Shown here piece by piece: positions 8,203-18,437 of a stretch of DNA of 64,000 bases. This DNA is from Spirochaetota bacterium. Its GTDB lineage: Bacteria > Spirochaetota > UBA4802 > UBA5550. A program made the translations under genes and the position numbers. Under the pieces are notes generated by a model that made no database searches, was not told the origin of the DNA, and saw only the letters and a list, made by a program, of their open reading frames with translations. Position 1 is the stretch's first letter. Each line of letters begins with the position of its first letter. The stretch covers positions 1,376,001-1,440,000 of the forward strand of contig OY760686.1 of assembly GCA_963663865.1 (NCBI GenBank), in the 5' to 3' direction.

Positions 8203-10527
8203 TCAGCGTTTTGCCAGAAGCTCTCCCAGAGTGACATTGCCGACTGCCTTTTCTCTGTCCCTTTCAAGGCTCTTGAACAGGTTTTCCATGTAGTCCTTGA
8301 GCGGTGATTTTTTTACACCTGCCGGAACTTCAAGAGAAACATCGTGTGTCAGGTTGAATATTTCCCTGAGCCTGATGTTTGACGATGAGTTCCCGGGAAC
8401 GAAACTGCTTCCATCCTGCGCAATAATGAGGTTATGTTCAACAAAAAGATCGGTATAATGAGAGACTTCATCTTCGTTGCCGGAACATATTTTTAGAAGT
8501 TCTTTCATTTTGGCAGCTCCCTTTCCCGATTCAAATTTGCTGTAAATATGGTGAAGGACGGCAATGCCGTTGTAGACATGAACGGCATTACGGTTTCTTA
8601 TTGATTTTTTTACGCGTTTGTAGGTGTCAGGGTGCATAAGGGTGTACGAAACCACCGCGCCGAACAGGATAATCATAGCCGAAGCGTAAACCATCAGGAG
8701 GAAAAGCGGTATTGAAGCAAGGGCTCCGTAAACCGCAAGAGTTCCCCGGGCAAACGCGCGGGTATAAATCATGAAAAGAAGAATAAAGCAGACCCATACA
8801 GCACCGGTGAAAGCCGCTCCGATGGCCGCCTGTTTTACAGGGACCCTTGTGTTGGGGAGTGTGGTGTAGCAGAGGAAGAATAGCAGCCAGATGAATGCAA
8901 AAGGAGTCATAAAGTTAATCAGAAAACCGATAAAGTTGTTTGATTTTATGCCCTTCCAGTTTTTACCGCCGTCACTTGACACCATCGCCATGCCCGAGTC
9001 GCCAATGGCCCAGAGTGATTTACCTGACGAGATGAGAGTGTTTACGCTGTAGGTGGGCATCTTCTCCCTTTGCCACTTCTCGCCTCCGTCGACGGTGCTG
9101 AGCAGAGTCCCCTTTGTACCCGCGATGTATCCGGTACTGTCTGAAATGAAAGCGGCGTCATTGTAGTTAAACTCCCTGAATCTGATCTGTGACCAGCTCG
9201 CTCCTCTGTCGGAGCTTTTCAGGATCACGCCTTCATCACCGGTTATCCACACGGTGCGTCCTCCGGCAAACCTTACGCTGTTGAGGTCGACATAGGCGTC
9301 CTTTCGCTTTGCCTGCTCTATCAGCAGCTTTTTCCATGTAGCACCGCCGTCCGATGTGGTGAGGATGACCCCGCTGCTTGCGGTTGCAATTCCCAGGTCT
9401 CCTGAAAATTCGATTGAGTTGAAATTATTAAGTGTTTCCGGCCATTCGCGCGCCTTCCAGCTGTCTCCACCATCAGTGGTTTCGAGGATAATGCCGTTAT
9501 CCGCCGCGATAAAGCCTTTTTGGGAAGTTAGCATTTCGATGTCGTTAAGCGTAAACGATCCCCATTTAGAAAGCTCCCAGGCCCTGCCGCCATTGACTGT
9601 TTTGAGAACGTAGCCGTCTTCGCCTATTATCCAGCCTTCGCTGCCCCTGAACTCGATGTCGTTGAACTTTAGCTTTGCGTATTCAAGATCGTCGACGTTA
9701 AACTCCTGCAATGTGAAGCTCGAACTGGAGGCGTTGTACAGATAGACCTTCTGATTGTCGAAGTCAATATTAGCTTTCGTGACAGTGGCAGCTTTGAATT
9801 TATTGTCGTATGCCCTTATTGTGGCCTTGTTGCCTACGACCCATAATTTGTTTTCCGGCCCGACGACAGCGGACTTGAAATGCGGCTCCGAAAAGGCCTC
9901 AACTGCCTGGGTCGCAACTGTCGATCCGGCAATCATCAGAACTGGGCCGAGTGTCAGCGCAGCCCAGTAATAGACTACCTTTTGAAATATTGGGCGCTGC
10001 TTCTTTACTCCCCAGATCTGGTTGAGCGAGGTCTCGAGTGATCTGAGCATCGCTGTAGCCGAGAAAATCATAATTACGGCGCTGATTCCTCCGATTTTAC
10101 CCGCGTTGTCGACCAGGCCAGATATTGCCGCAAAAATGGGGTCGATGTTGATCTTTATATTGTGCTCAAGCATGAACAGCGAGACACGGCGGAACAGCTC
10201 TTCCTTTTTCCCGCCCACTCCGGAGAAAATCGAATAGAATGTCAGAATCATTGTGAGCATGGGGACCAGCGAGACGATGATAGTGTAGGTAATAGATGAG
10301 GCGCGAGTCATGCAGTTATCGTGCATGAATTTTCTGAACGAGACTATCAGTACCTTTACAGCGTTAACTATTCTGGTAACCGGTTTGGAGAAGACCTCTC
10401 CCTCGGCAGCCTTGTTTATGAATGATAATCCATTGAGGACAATTTCTTTAAGCCTCTTGATTGTTTTATTTGGGATGCTGCTTTTTTGAGTTTTGCCTGA
10501 TTGTTGTTCTTTTTTATTCTTTTCCAT
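8203..10527 (-). CDS. YihY/BrkB-family membrane protein with inserted Ycf48-like BNR/Asp-box beta-propeller and C-terminal winged-helix-like tail
   Basis: YihY signatures (RASSITYTIIVSLVP, LNQIWGV, YTTLPNTRV, YGALASIPLFLLMVY) flank six S/T-x-D/N-x-G-x-x-W repeats. Confidence 0.85.
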   Translation of the reverse strand: MEKNKKEQQSGKTQKSSIPNKTIKRLKEIVLNGLSFINKAAEGEVFSKPVTRIVNAVKVLIVSFRKFMHDNCMTRASSITYTIIVSLVPMLTMILTFYSIFSGVGGKKEELFRRVSLFMLEHNIKINIDPIFAAISGLVDNAGKIGGISAVIMIFSATAMLRSLETSLNQIWGVKKQRPIFQKVVYYWAALTLGPVLMIAGSTVATQAVEAFSEPHFKSAVVGPENKLWVVGNKATIRAYDNKFKAATVTKANIDFDNQKVYLYNASSSSFTLQEFNVDDLEYAKLKFNDIEFRGSEGWIIGEDGYVLKTVNGGRAWELSKWGSFTLNDIEMLTSQKGFIAADNGIILETTDGGDSWKAREWPETLNNFNSIEFSGDLGIATASSGVILTTSDGGATWKKLLIEQAKRKDAYVDLNSVRFAGGRTVWITGDEGVILKSSDRGASWSQIRFREFNYNDAAFISDSTGYIAGTKGTLLSTVDGGEKWQREKMPTYSVNTLISSGKSLWAIGDSGMAMVSSDGGKNWKGIKSNNFIGFLINFMTPFAFIWLLFFLCYTTLPNTRVPVKQAAIGAAFTGAVWVCFILLFMIYTRAFARGTLAVYGALASIPLFLLMVYASAMIILFGAVVSYTLMHPDTYKRVKKSIRNRNAVHVYNGIAVLHHIYSKFESGKGAAKMKELLKICSGNEDEVSHYTDLFVEHNLIIAQDGSSFVPGNSSSNIRLREIFNLTHDVSLEVPAGVKKSPLKDYMENLFKSLERDREKAVGNVTLGELLAKR

Positions 10528-10706
10528 TTCCGGCTCCGCCTGAAAAAATCTGACTCCGATAGAGGAGAGACTGGATTTTCTTCCATTTATAAATAAAGGT
10601 CAATAAAAAAAGGGAATATTTTGAGTTAAGTGATTATTGCCGATGATATTCTTGACAATTCAGGCTTATCCTGCCAGATATGATTAATCTAAGACGGAGT
10701 GCATCA

Positions 10707-11738
10707 ATGCGAACACAGACTGTAAAAGCGGATTTGGACTGGTCTTCCCTGTCATTCGGCTATATCAAAACGGATTTTAACATCAGGTATCATCACTCTA
10801 AAGGCGCCTGGTCAGAGGGGGAGTTGTTTGATGATGACAACATCTCAATCAATGTCGCTTCGGGGTGCCTGCATTACGGGCAGGAGGCTTTTGAAGGACT
10901 TAAGGCTTTTGAAACCTCAGATGGGCGTACGGTAGTCTTCAGGCCTGACCGGAATGCCGACAGGCTCAGAAGCAGCTGCCAGAGGCTGTATATGCCCCAG
11001 GTTTCGACTGAAATGTTCAACGATGCAGTCAGCAGGGTCGTGAAGGCCAATGCCCGCTTTGTTCCGCCGTACGGAACCGGTGCAAGTCTTTACATAAGGC
11101 CTCTCATTATCGGTACGGGGCCAAGAATCGGCCTGGGGCCGGCAGAAGAGTATGAGTTCATTATTCTCGTATCGCCTGTAGGGCCGTACTACAAAGGCGG
11201 CTTCAATCCGGTTGAAGCGCTGGTTGTGGAACAGTTTGACCGTGCCGCTCCTATGGGAGTCGGCAATATCAAGGTTGGCGGAAACTACGCCGCCGGACTT
11301 GCCGGAGATCAGTACGGGAAGAAAATGGGATATCCTGTTGTTCTATATCTTGATGCCAGAGAGAAGAAGTATATCGACGAGTTAAGCACCTCCAACTTTA
11401 TTGGCATAAAGGGAGATACATACATAACGCCAGAATCCAATTCAATTTTGCCGAGCATTACAAATGACAGCCTTTCTGTAATCGCCAGAGACATGGGTTT
11501 TAAGTTCGAAAAGAGGCCTGTGGAGATAAGCGAGCTTGACGGCTTTGACGAGGTCGGGGCAGTAGGTACCGCGGCCGTTATTACTCCGATAAGCCGTATT
11601 CATCACGGCGAAAAGGTCTACACATTCGGTGACGGGCAAAGCGCGGGCCCGGTGGTGAAACGGCTGCATGACAGGCTTCTCGAGATTCAGCATGGAGAAG
11701 CAGAGGACAATCACGGCTGGCTTTACGAGGTAAAGTAA
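10707..11738 (+). CDS. ilvE: Branched-chain amino acid aminotransferase
   Basis: LHYGQEAFEGLKAF, LYIRP, KVGGNYAA, ILPSIT, GTAAVITP. Confidence 0.95.
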   Translation: MRTQTVKADLDWSSLSFGYIKTDFNIRYHHSKGAWSEGELFDDDNISINVASGCLHYGQEAFEGLKAFETSDGRTVVFRPDRNADRLRSSCQRLYMPQVSTEMFNDAVSRVVKANARFVPPYGTGASLYIRPLIIGTGPRIGLGPAEEYEFIILVSPVGPYYKGGFNPVEALVVEQFDRAAPMGVGNIKVGGNYAAGLAGDQYGKKMGYPVVLYLDAREKKYIDELSTSNFIGIKGDTYITPESNSILPSITNDSLSVIARDMGFKFEKRPVEISELDGFDEVGAVGTAAVITPISRIHHGEKVYTFGDGQSAGPVVKRLHDRLLEIQHGEAEDNHGWLYEVK

Positions 11739-11785
11739 AATGCCTGCGGGGTAAGGCCTTTGGCCTCAGTCCCCGCGGAAATTTT

Positions 11786-11980
11786 TCAGCCGAGCGTTAC
11801 CCTTTCGGCCTGAAGAGCGAGGTATCTGACCAGTGTCTGTTCAGTAATAGCATTCTGTGTAACCAGAATAATACCTATGAGCCCACCCTCATTTTGTTGA
11901 ACCTCAAGTGCTTTATTGAGCTGTTCTTTCGTAATTTCGCCGTTTTCCAGCAGTATTTCACCAAGCAAAGCTTTTGACAT
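11786..11980 (-). CDS. Stand-alone MshEN-like (c-di-GMP-binding-type) microprotein
   Basis: Two tandem 24-aa motifs LLGEILLENGEITKEQLNKALEVQ and LIGIILVTQNAITEQTLVRYLALQ separated by 5 aa; GGAGGA RBS. Confidence 0.8.
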   Translation of the reverse strand: MSKALLGEILLENGEITKEQLNKALEVQQNEGGLIGIILVTQNAITEQTLVRYLALQAERVTLG

Positions 11981-12315
11981 CTTGTCCTCCCGGATTGAAT
12001 GGAGACTAATCAGACTGCATATTCATACAGAGGCCTTTCGAGCAAAGGAATCTCAGGTTGTATGATCAACAGCATGACATGCATCTTAACCAAAAAATAG
12101 GGGATGTCAATAAATTATTGCCCGGTGCCGGCTATAATTTACTCAATCTTTTTAAAGGACTGTTCATCATTGGCCCGGGGATAATGGCCCGATATAAGAT
12201 ATAGTTCCCGGTTTTTGTGATAACGAAAAATTATCGAGTTTGATCAATGAATTTAACAGGCACTTCTGACGATACAGAGAGCATGGAACAGAAATACTAT
12301 CGGAGAGATACAGAT

Positions 12316-13356
12316 ATGGCCAATAGAGCGATGACGCCGGCATCGGGCCGGGCAGCCTACTACATAGCTGAAATTGGACTGAATCACAATGGGAATATTG
12401 ATGCCGCGCTTGAAATGATCAGAGCGGCTGCTTCGTCCGGAGCTGACGCGGTAAAGTTTCAGACAATAGTGCCTGAGAAGCTGAACTCGGTTTACACCAC
12501 ATCGCTTCTTCAGTCCGGAAATGATTCAAACAGGGATAGTAGTCAGATTGATTTTTTCTCAAAGTTCTCACTGAATTTGTCTGAATACAGGGTTATAAAA
12601 GATGAAGCCGTCAGATGCGGACTTGATTTCATTTCATCCGTGTTTGACGCTGCCTCACTGGATATGCTGACCGAACTCGGAGTGCCTTTTCATAAGCTCG
12701 CATCGTCAGAGCTTAGCAATCCTGAGCTTGTAAGGGCTGCCGCGCGGAGCGGTCTTCCTCTGCTTCTTTCGACAGGAATGTCGTCAGAACAGGACATTGA
12801 GCTTGCTCTCAATCAATGGGAAAGTAATGGCGGAGGCGAGATTGTCCTTCTGCACTGCGTTTCTTTATATCCATGTTCTCCGGAGGATTTGAACCTTTCA
12901 AGAATACGGACACTCAGGGAGCGCTTCGGAAAGAGGGTAGGCTTTTCTGACCACAGCGCTGGTATCGAAGCGGCGTTTGCCGCCGCAGCTATAGGAGCTG
13001 AGGTGTTCGAAAAGCACTTTAAGCTCTCATCCGGTTTTGAGTGTCCCGACGCTTGTGTTTCGGCCGCTCCAGATGAGTTCGGAAGGCTTGTCGATGCCGT
13101 TGAGAAGGCTGCACTCATGTCAGGGGATGGAGCTTTGTCTTGCGGCACGAGGGAGGGCGAGGTCGCGAGAGCTGCAAGGAGAAGCCTTTTTGCGGCAGCC
13201 GATATCCCCAAATGGAAAAAGATTGAGAGCTCAGACCTGGCCGCGCTCAGGCCCGGCGTTGGGATTCCCGCGAACAGGGATGACCTTGTTATTGGGAAAG
13301 TGGCAAACAGGCTCATTGAAAAGGAGCGCATAATTAAAATGGAATATCTTGACTGA
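12316..13356 (+). CDS. N-acetylneuraminate/nonulosonate synthase family (NeuB/SpsE/PseI) with C-terminal SAF domain
   Basis: IAEIGLNHNG, GADAVKFQT, LSTGM, LLHCVSLYP, GFSDHS, EKHF, RRSL...RPGVGI. Start uncertain (12247-12331). Confidence 0.9.
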   Translation: MANRAMTPASGRAAYYIAEIGLNHNGNIDAALEMIRAAASSGADAVKFQTIVPEKLNSVYTTSLLQSGNDSNRDSSQIDFFSKFSLNLSEYRVIKDEAVRCGLDFISSVFDAASLDMLTELGVPFHKLASSELSNPELVRAAARSGLPLLLSTGMSSEQDIELALNQWESNGGGEIVLLHCVSLYPCSPEDLNLSRIRTLRERFGKRVGFSDHSAGIEAAFAAAAIGAEVFEKHFKLSSGFECPDACVSAAPDEFGRLVDAVEKAALMSGDGALSCGTREGEVARAARRSLFAAADIPKWKKIESSDLAALRPGVGIPANRDDLVIGKVANRLIEKERIIKMEYLD

Positions 13357-13466
13357 CAGTGTCGATGTCCGCTCTTCAGCCGGCTGTAAAAGACCTTGAC
13401 ATCGTGAAACGTCCGGCCAATAACGTTTTTTAAATATATTATACTTAGAATAATTGAACTGACTAT

Positions 13467-14780
13467 ATGGAAAACAGAGACGGCTTTACGGGAAAATTCG
13501 GAATAGTGGCAGCGGCCGCCGGTTCCGCCATTGGACTGGGGAATATCTGGCGCTTCCCCTATGTGCTGGGAGAAAACGGCGGGGCGGCGTTTCTGCTTAT
13601 CTATCTGGCGTTGATTCTGGGGTTGGGCGTACCTGTCATGCTTTCAGAGATGCTTATAGGCAGGAGGGGACAGCGCAATATCTTCGGGTCTTTCCGGCGT
13701 CTGGCGCCGGGCTCTCTCTGGCCGGGAGTCGGCCTTCTCGGTGTCGCAACGGCCTTTGTGATTCTTTCATTTTACAGCGTTGTAGCCGGGTGGACCGTTG
13801 ACTATGTTTTTCTTGCGCTGAAGAATGAGTTCGCCGGCAAAAGCCCTGAAGAGATAAAGCTTATCTACGACGCTGTGTCTGGCGACGCGGCCGGTTCCGT
13901 GATACTGATGATTATTTTCATGGCGGCTTGTGCTTATATTGTCCTGTCCGGCATCAAGAACGGCATTGAAAAATATGCCAAGATTCTCATGCCGCTTCTC
14001 CTTGTGATAATCATTCTTCTCTGTATCAGAGCTGTGACTCTTGACGGCGCTTCAGCGGGGCTAAGCTTCCTCTTTACTCCGGATTTCTCGAAGATAAATG
14101 CTGCGGTAATACTTGAAGCGCTCGGACAGGCTTTTTTCTCGCTAAGCCTTGGCATGGGGGCAATGCTTACCTATGGTTCATATATAAGCAAAAGGGACAG
14201 TCTGGCACAGACGGCTATTTCCGTATCGCTTTCCGATACGCTTATTGCTATTCTGGCTGGCGTTGCCATATTCCCCGCAGTATTCGCTTTCGGGATACAG
14301 CCCGACGCGGGCCCGGGGCTTGTCTTTGTGACTCTGCCGGGCATATTCAACCAGATGGCCGGAGGGTACTTTTTCTCTATCCTCTTTTTTACCCTGCTCG
14401 TTATCGCTGCCCTTACTTCGGCGATATCGCTTCTTGAGGTGATAGTCGCGTACTTTACCGAAGAGTTGAAGCTAAAGAGGGTGTTCGGTACATGGCTGGC
14501 CTCAGGTCTGGTGGCAGCGCTTGGTGTCCTGTGTTCAGTTGAAGCCTCAGTATTTGATTTTTTTGATAAGACATCATCAAATATACTCCTTCCTGCGGGA
14601 GGGCTCCTCATTGTTCTTTTCACGGGATGGGTTCTCGGCAAAAAAAATATCAGGGAAGAGCTTGAAGAGGGCGGGAACAGAGTGCGTTTTTTTACTCCCT
14701 TTATAGTAATAGTCAAATTTGCCGCCCCTGTAGCCATCGCGGCTGTTTTTCTCAACAGTACAGGGCTGATCAAATTTTAA
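13467..14780 (+). CDS. Sodium-dependent transporter, NSS/SNF family
   Basis: AGSAIGLGNIWRFPY, ENGGAAF, GQAFFSLSLG, GPGLVFVTLP, AALTSAISLLE. Confidence 0.93.
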   Translation: MENRDGFTGKFGIVAAAAGSAIGLGNIWRFPYVLGENGGAAFLLIYLALILGLGVPVMLSEMLIGRRGQRNIFGSFRRLAPGSLWPGVGLLGVATAFVILSFYSVVAGWTVDYVFLALKNEFAGKSPEEIKLIYDAVSGDAAGSVILMIIFMAACAYIVLSGIKNGIEKYAKILMPLLLVIIILLCIRAVTLDGASAGLSFLFTPDFSKINAAVILEALGQAFFSLSLGMGAMLTYGSYISKRDSLAQTAISVSLSDTLIAILAGVAIFPAVFAFGIQPDAGPGLVFVTLPGIFNQMAGGYFFSILFFTLLVIAALTSAISLLEVIVAYFTEELKLKRVFGTWLASGLVAALGVLCSVEASVFDFFDKTSSNILLPAGGLLIVLFTGWVLGKKNIREELEEGGNRVRFFTPFIVIVKFAAPVAIAAVFLNSTGLIKF

Positions 14781-14875
14781 GCCCAAAAGACGATGCGGTG
14801 TGATAATATCACCGCGCGTTATGAAACAAACTGTCCGAATCCAGTGACAGAATATTTTTCCAGGAGGAAACCGTT

Positions 14876-15391
14876 TTGCGAAGATGTCTTTGTTATATTG
14901 CTGCTGTAACTCTTCTTACAGCAGGTTATTCCGGCTGCTCATCGCTGAATCCCTTTCATAGAGAGGCGCCTGAAAGGTACTCGTCCGAGGGAAGAAAGCT
15001 CCTTGAAGAGGCAGCCGCGATGCTGCGTTACAGCTACGGGTATGATTCAGAACTGGAAATTCACTATATCGTTTCGACGCCTCTTAGCGAAAAAAACCTG
15101 AAGTCAAAATCCTCTGCGATGCTCTCCATTCTCAGAAAGTATAAAACAGAGGATGTTGTCGATTTCTACGGAGCCGTCTTCTCGCTGAAGCTCGACACCC
15201 AGGCTCTCATGGAGGTTATGAAGGAGGATGAGGAGTGGACCGATTATACATACATACAGAAGTATCTCTATCCTCCCATTGCGGAATTTGAGTCCTTCCT
15301 TGAAAGCGTTATCTCCTCAATGGGCAGCGATGCGGCTTCTCTGGCAAAGGCAAAGAAGGAAACAGTGCAGAGTTCCCGTGTGAAGAAGTAA
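14876..15391 (+). CDS. Hypothetical lipoprotein
   Basis: TTG start after AGGAGG; lipobox-like YSGC. Confidence 0.7.
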   Translation: MRRCLCYIAAVTLLTAGYSGCSSLNPFHREAPERYSSEGRKLLEEAAAMLRYSYGYDSELEIHYIVSTPLSEKNLKSKSSAMLSILRKYKTEDVVDFYGAVFSLKLDTQALMEVMKEDEEWTDYTYIQKYLYPPIAEFESFLESVISSMGSDAASLAKAKKETVQSSRVKK

Positions 15392-15440
15392 CGGCTTACT
15401 GTAATGCGGCATTACTATACCTGCTTCGGATTTATACAAA

Positions 15441-17027
15441 ATGACTGACAGACTATACACAGCATATATCGTGCCTGCTTTAACGGCTCTGATTCTCTTT
15501 TCAGGGCCAGTTTATTCTCAGACCGCTGTCCATTCAGAGGAAGATCTTTACGCCGATTTTCAGGTCCTCGTCGGAGAAAGGGAGCGGCCATACCTGAACT
15601 ACAAGACGCTTTCTGATTCCTCATGGGATAGCTCTCCCGGATTGAAGATATTCCCGCTTGAATTGTACTCATCGTACAATGCCACTGCTCCATACGGGGC
15701 TAATGACGGAGCGCTGTGGCAGGGGAAGGGGCTCAACATGTCGTTTACCGGAGGCGTCAGGCATAAGTCAGAGCTGTTCGAGCTAACCTTCAAGCCTCAG
15801 ATCGTATTTTCGCAGAACAGCAGCTTCAGATTAATGGATTCGGAGTATTCATCGGAGTACGGCTATATATGGGGTTATTCCGAAAATGCCGGAGCCGATG
15901 CGCCGCAGCGTTTCGGTAATCAGCCGCTGTACGACTTTAACTGGGGCGATACGGAAGCACGATTTACCTGGAAGAGTTTCACGATAGGCGTTGGAACTCA
16001 GTCTCCATGGATGGGCCCCGGCAGGGTAAACGCCATAATTCACTCAAATAACGCACCGCCCTATCCTGCTGTTGACATGGGGCTTCGGCGTTCAAGGCTT
16101 ACCATACTTGGATGGTATGCGGGAGATGTTGAGGCTCGGCTGCGCTGCGGCTATCTTTCTGAGTCAGATTACTTCGATGAAGACAGCTCAAATGATCACA
16201 ACATGATAAGCTCGCTTTCTCTCGCTTACGCTCCGTCGTTTCTGAAGGGGTTGACCCTCTTTTTGAACAGAGCATATCTGGCCAGGTGGAAGGCGGACAG
16301 TTTGAACACAATACCGAAGCTGATGCTGGTCAACTGGAGCGGAGGCGGCGGACAGGACGAGTGGGACCAGAGGGTCTCTCTCGGATTCGACCTGCTTCTT
16401 CCGGAGGTCGGTGCAGAGTTCTACGCTGAAGCCGGATTAAATGACTATCCAGGAAACACCTTGACCAAGAATATCCAGAATCCTTTTCACAGCCTGGTCT
16501 ACACATGCGGGGTGAGAAAATCTGTGACGATCGACGCGGAGAAAAAATTGCGGGGTGAGGTCATCTTTGAGTGGTCGAACCTTGAGCTTTCGCCAGATTT
16601 TCAGTTTCAGTGGCCGGCAACGTTTTATATGCATCATGAGGTCACTCAGGGGCATACAAACGAGGGACAGTGGCTCGGCGCCGGAATAGGGACAGGCGGC
16701 AACAGCCAGTACCTCGGTTTCAGAGTATACTCCGGAGCACAGGGTGTTGATTCCAGGGAGATATACATTCACCGCTACAATCCCGACAATGATTTCAAAA
16801 ACAGAGAAACCATTAAAACCGGGGATGATGTGGATGAGATTGGGAAAAACAACTACAGGACGATACTCGCCGTAGGGGTGAAGTCATCAAGCAGGCTTAT
16901 TGGGCGGCTGGACCTCCTTCTCGGGCTGGCCGGGATTCTTGATTACTGCCGCTACTACGACCACACTGATCCTGATGCGATAAGCTGGAATATGCAGGTG
17001 CAGGCGGGAATCAAGTATCACCTTTAG
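15441..17027 (+). CDS. Capsule assembly Wzi family outer-membrane protein
   Basis: PYGANDGALWQGKG, PQRFG, WMGPG..NAIIHSNNAP, FYMHH..QGHT..GQWLGAGIGTGGNSQ, typical of the Wzi family. Confidence 0.8.
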   Translation: MTDRLYTAYIVPALTALILFSGPVYSQTAVHSEEDLYADFQVLVGERERPYLNYKTLSDSSWDSSPGLKIFPLELYSSYNATAPYGANDGALWQGKGLNMSFTGGVRHKSELFELTFKPQIVFSQNSSFRLMDSEYSSEYGYIWGYSENAGADAPQRFGNQPLYDFNWGDTEARFTWKSFTIGVGTQSPWMGPGRVNAIIHSNNAPPYPAVDMGLRRSRLTILGWYAGDVEARLRCGYLSESDYFDEDSSNDHNMISSLSLAYAPSFLKGLTLFLNRAYLARWKADSLNTIPKLMLVNWSGGGGQDEWDQRVSLGFDLLLPEVGAEFYAEAGLNDYPGNTLTKNIQNPFHSLVYTCGVRKSVTIDAEKKLRGEVIFEWSNLELSPDFQFQWPATFYMHHEVTQGHTNEGQWLGAGIGTGGNSQYLGFRVYSGAQGVDSREIYIHRYNPDNDFKNRETIKTGDDVDEIGKNNYRTILAVGVKSSSRLIGRLDLLLGLAGILDYCRYYDHTDPDAISWNMQVQAGIKYHL

Positions 17028-17093
17028 ACGTTGTCTCAGTATGAAAAGAGGTAATCCGAAAAGCTTCAGGCGCGGAATGATGAAGGAGAGAAG

Positions 17094-18305
17094 ATGAAGG
17101 TCTTTTTTGCAGTTGCGGTTACATTGTTAGCGGGAGCCCCGCAGGGCCAGCCATCGGCTTACGTGCTTTGCTATCACGCCTTTAACGGCAGAAATAACGA
17201 GTACACCTTTACAACAGATGAGCTTGAGGCTCACTGCAGCGCCCTGAAGGGAGCGGGTTACCGCTTTATCAGCTCGGAAGAGTTTTTCAGGGGTGATTAC
17301 AGGGGTCAGAAAAACGTACTCATAACTGTGGATGACGGCAACAAAAGCGTTTACGAAGCCTACTACAGGGTGTTTAAACGCTACGGAATTAAGCCGCTGC
17401 TTGCTATATATCCAGCCATTATTGGAAAAACCGACTACGCGCTGAGCTGGGAGGAGCTGAAGGAGCTTGCCGGAGACGGATGCTCAATAGCCTCGCACGG
17501 ATACAATCATCTATATGTGAACGACAAGCTTCTCGCAACTGACCCGAAGAGCTTTAACCGCGAAATAAGGCTTTCACAGAAGAGGCTGCAGGACAGGCTC
17601 GGCCGGGAAGTGAACATTTTTGTATATCCCTTTGGTCTCTACGGCCCGGCGACTCTAAGGGCCCTCAGAGAATCCGGTTACCGATATGGCTTTACTATAA
17701 AACCCGGCATAACCGGACGGGATGATCTGACACGAGCCCCATTCGAGATTAGGCGATACATGATGACAGAGGCTTCAGCCCCACGGATACTTGCCCGCAT
17801 GGACAGCTCCATCAGGATTCCGGGAAAGGCATCAGTGTCAGAGAATGCGCAAAAGCCCGTCAAGCGCGAGCAGTTAAAATCAGATAAAACTCACAGGGTA
17901 TATAAAAGGGCAAAGTTGAAAGCCATGATTGAGCCCGGATATGAATATAAATTGAGTGCTGATGAGGCCCGGAAAGGTCCAGTCGTCACCGAAGTCGAAG
18001 GGTATACTCCTTTTTTTAGAATAAATGCTGGAAGCGCTGAGCCGGCCGGTGTAGTATCGGGCGGAGTGTCGGCCAGGGCAGACATTTTGCCTGCTGGAAC
18101 AGTTGAGGCAGCAGCTGTTGGCAGCCGTCATGGCGATCATGTGCCTGTTTCGGATGCGGACGGAGCTGCAGAGGCCAAAATGAGCTCTGTCGAATCTGAA
18201 AGTTCACCGGTAAAGGACCTTTACCTGAAGACTGTATCGGAGGCAGCTGTTTTTTATTCGTCAATGCTGAGATTGAGTGCGCGCAAAATGCCCGAGTTCG
18301 AATGA
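17094..18305 (+). CDS. Polysaccharide deacetylase (CE4/NodB-like) with low-complexity C-tail
   Basis: VLCYH, ITVDDG, LSWEELKEL, IASHGYNH, FVYPFG. Confidence 0.85.
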   Translation: MKVFFAVAVTLLAGAPQGQPSAYVLCYHAFNGRNNEYTFTTDELEAHCSALKGAGYRFISSEEFFRGDYRGQKNVLITVDDGNKSVYEAYYRVFKRYGIKPLLAIYPAIIGKTDYALSWEELKELAGDGCSIASHGYNHLYVNDKLLATDPKSFNREIRLSQKRLQDRLGREVNIFVYPFGLYGPATLRALRESGYRYGFTIKPGITGRDDLTRAPFEIRRYMMTEASAPRILARMDSSIRIPGKASVSENAQKPVKREQLKSDKTHRVYKRAKLKAMIEPGYEYKLSADEARKGPVVTEVEGYTPFFRINAGSAEPAGVVSGGVSARADILPAGTVEAAAVGSRHGDHVPVSDADGAAEAKMSSVESESSPVKDLYLKTVSEAAVFYSSMLRLSARKMPEFE

Positions 18306-18437
18306 TTTATACTGTATTGGAGAAAAGCCGCGGCTCGATAAAAAAATATACCCGTTGTGTATAATTTTTAGTATATTAACATGATGTTCTGCGAATAAGC
18401 AGCGGCCAGTGATGTCTATCTGAAATTGGAGTTTGGT

